Shown: positions 58,080 through 64,000 of the stretch, in pieces
Numbering within the stretch: the stretch's first letter is position 1
Layout: each line of letters begins with the position of its first letter
DNA from: Octopus vulgaris
Taxonomy: Eukaryota
Length of the DNA: 64,000 bases
Assembly (NCBI GenBank): GCA_951406725.2
Contig: OX597814.1
Span: 13,144,001 to 13,208,000 of the forward strand
Reading direction: 5' to 3'
Made by a program: the position numbers and the translations under genes
Notes under the pieces: generated by a model
Told to the model about the DNA's origin: nothing
What the model saw: only the letters and a program-made list of their open reading frames with translations
The model's database searches: none

Positions 58080-58470
58080 ACCAATGAGTGGCCCAAGCCA
58101 TGGCTAACTAAAATACCACCAACTGATAGGATCTGGTAAATACTTTCGAAGTCAGATTTTGTGGTATCATAGCACCTTCCACTTGGGAATTCGCGTTAAG
58201 TGAGGTGTATACAAGTACAGGTGGCTTATCTGGTGCCCCTTGAAGAAATTTATCCGGATACCATTTAGAGGTGATGGGACCATTGTCCTCATTGATTTGT
58301 TTCGTGACAACGTTAAATAGGTGGCAGAGTCTGTTAAGGAAAAGACACTGTGTAGTACTGTATTTACGTGTCGTGATCCTGAATTGTGTAGGATCATTGT
58401 GCAAACGATGTAGCGCTCAGGGTGGAGCAGCTGGAGAGAATAGAGTTCCATTGCTTTAACGGTGGTCGCA
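58080..58470 (-). mobile_element. Old CR1-like LINE 3' fragment
   Basis: HLFNVVTKQI..DKFLQGAPDKP..LNANS aligns by eye with QLFNILPKCL..DLFLLGVPDEP..AASNS at 25556-25993. Confidence 0.7.
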
Positions 58471-58482
58471 ACAATTGAGATC

Positions 58483-58587
<105 letters not shown>

Positions 58588-58611
58588 GATATGGGTAGGT
58601 AGGTGAGTAGG

Positions 58612-58650
<39 letters not shown>

Positions 58651-58651
<1 letters not shown>

Positions 58652-58970
58652 GGGCGCGTGGCTTAGTGGTTAGGGCATTCGGCTCATGATCGTAAGGTTG
58701 TGAGTTCGATTCCCGGCGACGCGTTGTGTCCTTGAGCAAGACACTTTATTTCACGTTGCTCCAGTCCACTCAGCTGGCAAAAATGAGTTGTACTTGTATT
58801 TCAAAGGGTCAGCCTTGTCACTCTCTGTGTCACGCTGATTATCCCCGAGAACTACGTTAAGGGTACACGTGTCTGTGGAATGCTCAGCCATTTGCACGTT
58901 AATTTCACGAGCAAGCTGTTCCGTTGATCGTATCAGCTGGGACCCTCGTCGTCGTAACCGGCGGAGTCTT
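58651..58970 (+). mobile_element. tRNA-derived SINE (CORE-like head B plus tail X)
   Basis: TGGCTTAGTGG and GAGTTCGATTCC boxes; GTGTCCTTGAGCAAGACACTT CORE-like; 3' half shared with 45610-45790. Confidence 0.9.
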
Positions 58971-58993
58971 TAAGATATATATATATATATATA

Positions 58994-59496
58994 CAGTAAT
59001 CCATCGCCATATCCTGGTTCACCTAGTGCGCACACAGTACATCGCGGCTCACATATCTCGCACTCGGGACATCGCGTATTTTTCTGGCTAATTGACGTAA
59101 ATTTATATCGCGGACTCCTCAGTATATCGGGGGTTTCTACGCCCTATAGGTATTTATATTATTTAGATTTGAATTATTTTTGTGGTAAAATAAGCATTTC
59201 CACGCTTAGAAATTAATAAATTAATAAGTAAAAACAGGGTACTATACTGCACTCTATAACATGTTAATTAAAATGTATTTTAATGAGTAAACAAAGAATT
59301 GCAAATACTAGATGGATAACGAAACACGGGAGGCAAGTGATTGCTATTGTTGTGCAGTTATGATAAAAGAAATACATACAAATCATAAAAATTATAAAAA
59401 ATATATACAGTATAGTACTGTTTGTGCGTCACAGATGTTCACCTATCGCAGGAGGTTTTGAAACGTAATACCCGCTATAGTTGATGGGGACTACTG
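58994..59496 (-). mobile_element. Tigger/pogo-type MITE, second copy
   Basis: TA-CAGTA..TACTG-TA; reverse-complement similarity to 51275-51793. Confidence 0.8.
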
Positions 59497-59696
59497 TACA
59501 GACACACACAAACACACACACACACACACACACATACACAAATACATGTGTATGTGTGAGTAAATGTGGGCGTACATGCAAAAGTATTCCAAAAAGGCCA
59601 GTGCTGGTTATATGTTTCCATCTGTGTATCAAGTATATAAACCCGCTCCATTGTGCAGAGTTTGACTGAGAAAAAAAATTCGTTTATACACATAGC

Positions 59697-59857
59697 AACA
59701 GAGATTTGAATGGATGACAGACATATTTCTTACCGGCATGTATACATAACCTGTACCGACATGCGCTTTTCGACTTAGCCAGTACCCATCGGCTCCATGG
59801 CAGTTACAGCCCTATCATAGGTAAGAAATATGTCTGTCATCTTCTCAAATCTCTGTT
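59697..59857. repeat. Short fold-back with ~38-bp arms
   Basis: AACAGAGATTTGA..GATGACAGACATATTTCTTACC / GGTAAGAAATATGTCTGTCATC..TCAAATCTCTGTT. Confidence 0.85.
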
Positions 59858-60496
59858 CTTATAAGATTAGCCTGAATCCAATACACGTGTTTTACTATGT
59901 GTATGAACATATTTATTCTCAGTCAAACTCTTACAAGTTGAGCAAAATTGTACGTACGCCGCTCTATGTATATATAAATAAAAAAATTAGAACAAGAATG
60001 CAAAAGACGAAAAAAAAGAAATCTGGACAAATAGACGATGCGAAGACGGACAGGAAAAGAAAAAGGACGGGTCATTTACAGCCTTCTCTCACTAGTCAAG
60101 TTAACATATTATCCTTACAGCTTCGGTCAGTTACACTTGGAACTGTTCAAATTTGGCTGCCCCACAAAATCTAAGCATGAAATTTTTTTTTGAGAAAGAA
60201 TTACGAATATAAACAAGAAAATAACGACAGGTGTCTTTCGACGAATGAAGACGAATCAAGTTGAGCTGGCGTGTGTAGAGGGAAAGCCTTGAGACAGGAA
60301 CGTAGGAGATGAACATAAGAGATGAAAGTCAAGAGACAGAAATATAAGAGTTTCTTCGGCCCAGTCGACCCAAGAAAGAAATATCAAGTCTGGTACATAT
60401 ATATATATATAGATATATATATAAATCACACATACGCATACATATATGTGTGTGCGGGGGGTGCTTCTGTGTATGTATATATCTGTGTATGTATAT

Positions 60497-60777
60497 ATCA
60501 CGTGATCACGTGACCGACCAGACTATCAGATGCGTTCGCATTGTTTTAGCCTTCGAATGACGCCACCCCGCTGGCTAAGCGAGCAGGCCAACACAAGAAA
60601 GAGTGGGAGAAAGAGTGGTGAAAGAGTACAGCAGGGATCACCACCCCCTGCCGGAACCTCGTGGAGCTTTTAGGTGTTTTCGCTCAATAAACACTCACAA
60701 GGCCCGGTCTGGGAATCGAAACCGCGATCCTGCGACCGCGAGTCCGCTGCCCTAACCACTAGGCCATTGCGCCTCCA
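60497..60777 (-). mobile_element. tRNA-derived SINE (head A plus tail Y)
   Basis: 60600-60777 is the reverse complement of 45415-45595; different 3' part; GTATGTATAT flanks both sides. Confidence 0.88.
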
Positions 60778-60801
60778 CGTATGTATATGCACACACACAC
60801 A

Positions 60802-60880
<79 letters not shown>

Positions 60881-60904
60881 GTATATACATTTGCGTAAAT
60901 ATAT

Positions 60905-61283
60905 GACTGTATGGTAAGAAGCTTGCTTCCCAACCACATTGTTCTAGCTTCACTCTCACTGCCCGGCATCATGCGCAAGTGTGTTCTGCTATAGCCTAAG
61001 GGAGACCGAAGTCTTGTGAGTAGATTGGATATACGGAAACTGAAAGAATCCCCCTTCGTATAGATTTATATGTGTGTGTTTGCGTGTGTGGGTGCGTGTT
61101 GTGTGTGTGTTTTCGTGTCTGTGTTTGTACCCTCATCACCTCTTTGACAACCGGTAGAATAAGTACTAGGCTTATAAAAGATTAGTCCTGGAGTGGATTT
61201 GTTGGACAAAAACCTTTCGAGGCGGTGGTCCAGCATGGCCGCATTCAAATGACAGAATCGTGTGAAAGTATGAAAGAATAAGA

Positions 61284-61287
<4 letters not shown>
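60905..61287 (+). mobile_element. Degenerate full-length SINE family 1
   Basis: Colinear with 53818-54220. Confidence 0.8.
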
Positions 61288-61344
<57 letters not shown>

Positions 61345-62084
61345 TATATTTTTATGTGTGTGTGTGTGTGTGTTTTCTGTTTTCATATGTATACACATGC
61401 ATCTATAAATATTTATGAGAAACTGTTTTTACGTAATGTCTATTGATATTCTTGTGATATGTTGGAATTTACTACAGAGAGCGTATAGAATTATCCCATT
61501 TTTGAGATAAACTATACACGTGAGACAGTTCTCCTTACTGAAATCATTGGAATAGATGTCTGTTCAATTCAAGGATATTCATTTGTATCTTTTGTTATGG
61601 TTGAATACCAGATCGGAAATATTTCTTTTTTTTTCTTTTCCCAGACAATAAATAATCTTACGAAGAAACATTTCGTTACCCCCACATTCTCCTTTTTATA
61701 GAATATATTTGCATTTCATGCTTTCACTGTTTCTGAATCATATCAAAATTAGAACTACATACTGTTTCGGTTAACGCAGAGTTTGGTATCCGATGACGTA
61801 TTCGATAATACAAATAGTTCAAAGCAACATTCTGTGCTATTTAAAATAATGATATTCACTGGCATAATATTTGATTTTTCCGACCAAACATTATACAGGG
61901 AGTGTCAAGTTGTGATATTTGGAGAACGAAATATCCCATTGATTTGCAACTCGTGAAATTAAGGAAGAGGTTATTAGTTATCATTGGTCGAGCTGTCGTT
62001 TCCAAAAGTAGAAATATTGATTCAGTATTTCCATAAATTGAGAATGTAAAGTTTGAGATATTCGTATAAATGAACAAGTAAGTT

Positions 62085-62098
62085 GTTTCCATAGTAAC
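62085..62098. promoter_or_regulatory. Candidate RFX X-box
   Basis: GTTTCC-AT-AGTAAC matches GTHNYY-AT-RRNAAC; lies just after a GTAAGT donor-like site in unique sequence. Confidence 0.3.
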
Positions 62099-62164
62099 GA
62101 ACTTTGAAACATATAAGATTTCACATACACACGAATTACCACAATTCCACCATCCACATAACCA

Positions 62165-62208
<44 letters not shown>

Positions 62209-62213
62209 CATCC

Positions 62214-62316
<103 letters not shown>

Positions 62317-62481
62317 CATACATTTATCCATCCGTTCTTCTTCTTCTTCTTCTTCTTCTTCTTCTTCTCCTCCTCCTCCTCCTTCTTCTTCTTCCGTACA
62401 CCCCGCCGTCTGTTTCTCTTTGTTTGTGTGTATTTCTCTGTCTGTTTCTCTGCGTGTCTGTCTGTCTGTCGTCTCCCTGTT

Positions 62482-62521
<40 letters not shown>

Positions 62522-62536
62522 CATACATACATACAA

Positions 62537-62585
<49 letters not shown>

Positions 62586-63195
62586 CATACATATATACAT
62601 ATAAACACATACATATGTATATGCATACTTACACACATATACACACTTACACATAAAAGCAGGCATACTAGAAGATCATGGCGTTGTTTGTACTATCTAA
62701 TTTTAATGAACATTTTATTTTGGAACTTGACATTTCATTTCCAAGAGATGCTGATTGTCGCATTACCAATGATTGATAACGTTACTAATGTCAGCAGCTA
62801 GGGAGAAAAAGCCTCAGTTTATAGACAATTTTCAGAGCTGTCACAATCAGTGCCAAAGTATTGTCGTTATGATCTGTACTTATAAAGTGGAGTAATTCAT
62901 AAATGTTTCTGTCTAAATGTTAATATTTCATATGTTTCAAGCAATTTGTTAAAATTTTGTCATGGCGTTCTGAAATAACATTTCGGAGGGAACATAACTG
63001 TACATGATTTTTGTATCCTATATATATATATATATATATATGTATGCGTGTTTTTCTATGTGAGTATGGATGTGTGTGTGTGCTTTGTGATGCAATTTGA
63101 AAAATATTAGGAGAAATTTTCAGATTTAATTCATGATTCCAAAACAACATACAGTAAGTCATCGTGTATCGCGGGTGTTATTTTCTACCTACACC

Positions 63196-63412
63196 CTTCT
63201 TCTTCTTCTTCTTCTTCTTCTTCTTCTTCTTCTTCTTCTTCTTCTTCTTCTTCTTCTTCTTCTTCTTCTTCTTCTTCTTCTTCTTCTGCTCCTCCTCCTC
63301 CTCCTTCTTCTTCTTCTTCTTCTTCTTCTTCTTCTTCTTCTTCTCCTTCTCCTTCTTCTTCTTATCATCATCATCATCATCATCGTCATCATCATCATTA
63401 TCATCATCATCA
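63196..63412. repeat. (CTT)n/(CAT)n compound microsatellite
   Basis: Direct inspection. Confidence 0.97.
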
Positions 63413-64000
63413 AATGCGAAACAACACCACAGAGGAATCGACGTAAGTTTAAATAATAAGCCACGATAGGTAAATCGCGTTATGGCGAGAGATTATTGTA
63501 TTTGGATTTGTATGCCAAAACAGTTTATAAGTCAGCCGTTCTCCATTGTCAAATTCCCCACTTCTTTTATTTTTGTAACAGAGGAATTTATGATAGCTCT
63601 CCGTGGGAATTATTGTGTGCGTGTGAATTATCCTTCAGATGTCACCTTGTAAGTAATGGAGGAAAACTTTCCAAATGTAGCATGAAAAGTTCAAACAGAG
63701 ACATATTTACACTATTTTAGTTCCTCTTGCAAATACAAATGAAAGACAAGACTCCACTACCAAGCAGAAAGTGGAAGATAATGGAAATGAGTAAGAATAA
63801 CATATATTGCACACTATATAAACTATGGGTAGCACTGTCACGTGCAGACTAACCTAGAATAAGGTTTGCTATGCACTACGTGCACATGATGTATGGTTTA
63901 TTGTAAGCGTATCCCTCAAAAGAATGCTCTCGAATGCACAGAAATTTCCCGAGAAATTGTGGATAGCTAAATTTCTCTAAAAGGTAGACTAACAGTGAAG

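Noticed and set aside
61856-62092. 78-aa minus-strand ORF in unique sequence
   Set aside because: No recognisable domain and length within chance expectation

Overview
AT-rich eukaryotic intergenic or intronic DNA with very dense microsatellites and one 100-N assembly gap. The SINE families and repeat landscape suggest a cephalopod (Octopus-like) genome, which is an inference. No intact host gene is supported, and almost all listed ORFs are microsatellite translation artefacts. The real coding signal is transposon-derived: a young CR1-clade LINE RT, two CR1 3' ends, several Penelope-like element (PLE) RT/GIY-YIG pieces, four mariner fossils, pogo/Tigger and hAT fossils, a Tigger-type MITE pair, a non-autonomous Helitron and several tRNA-derived SINE families. 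The most notable structure is a dense set of type I hammerhead ribozyme (HHR) motifs. One is canonical (49492-49586) and one carries the U3-A8 compensatory core (30217-30260). Many sit in fold-back cassettes inserted in (TA)n tracts. One PLE family (three copies) has a tRNA-like Pol III promoter between its ORF end and a minimal HHR. All ribozyme calls are by eye and untested.
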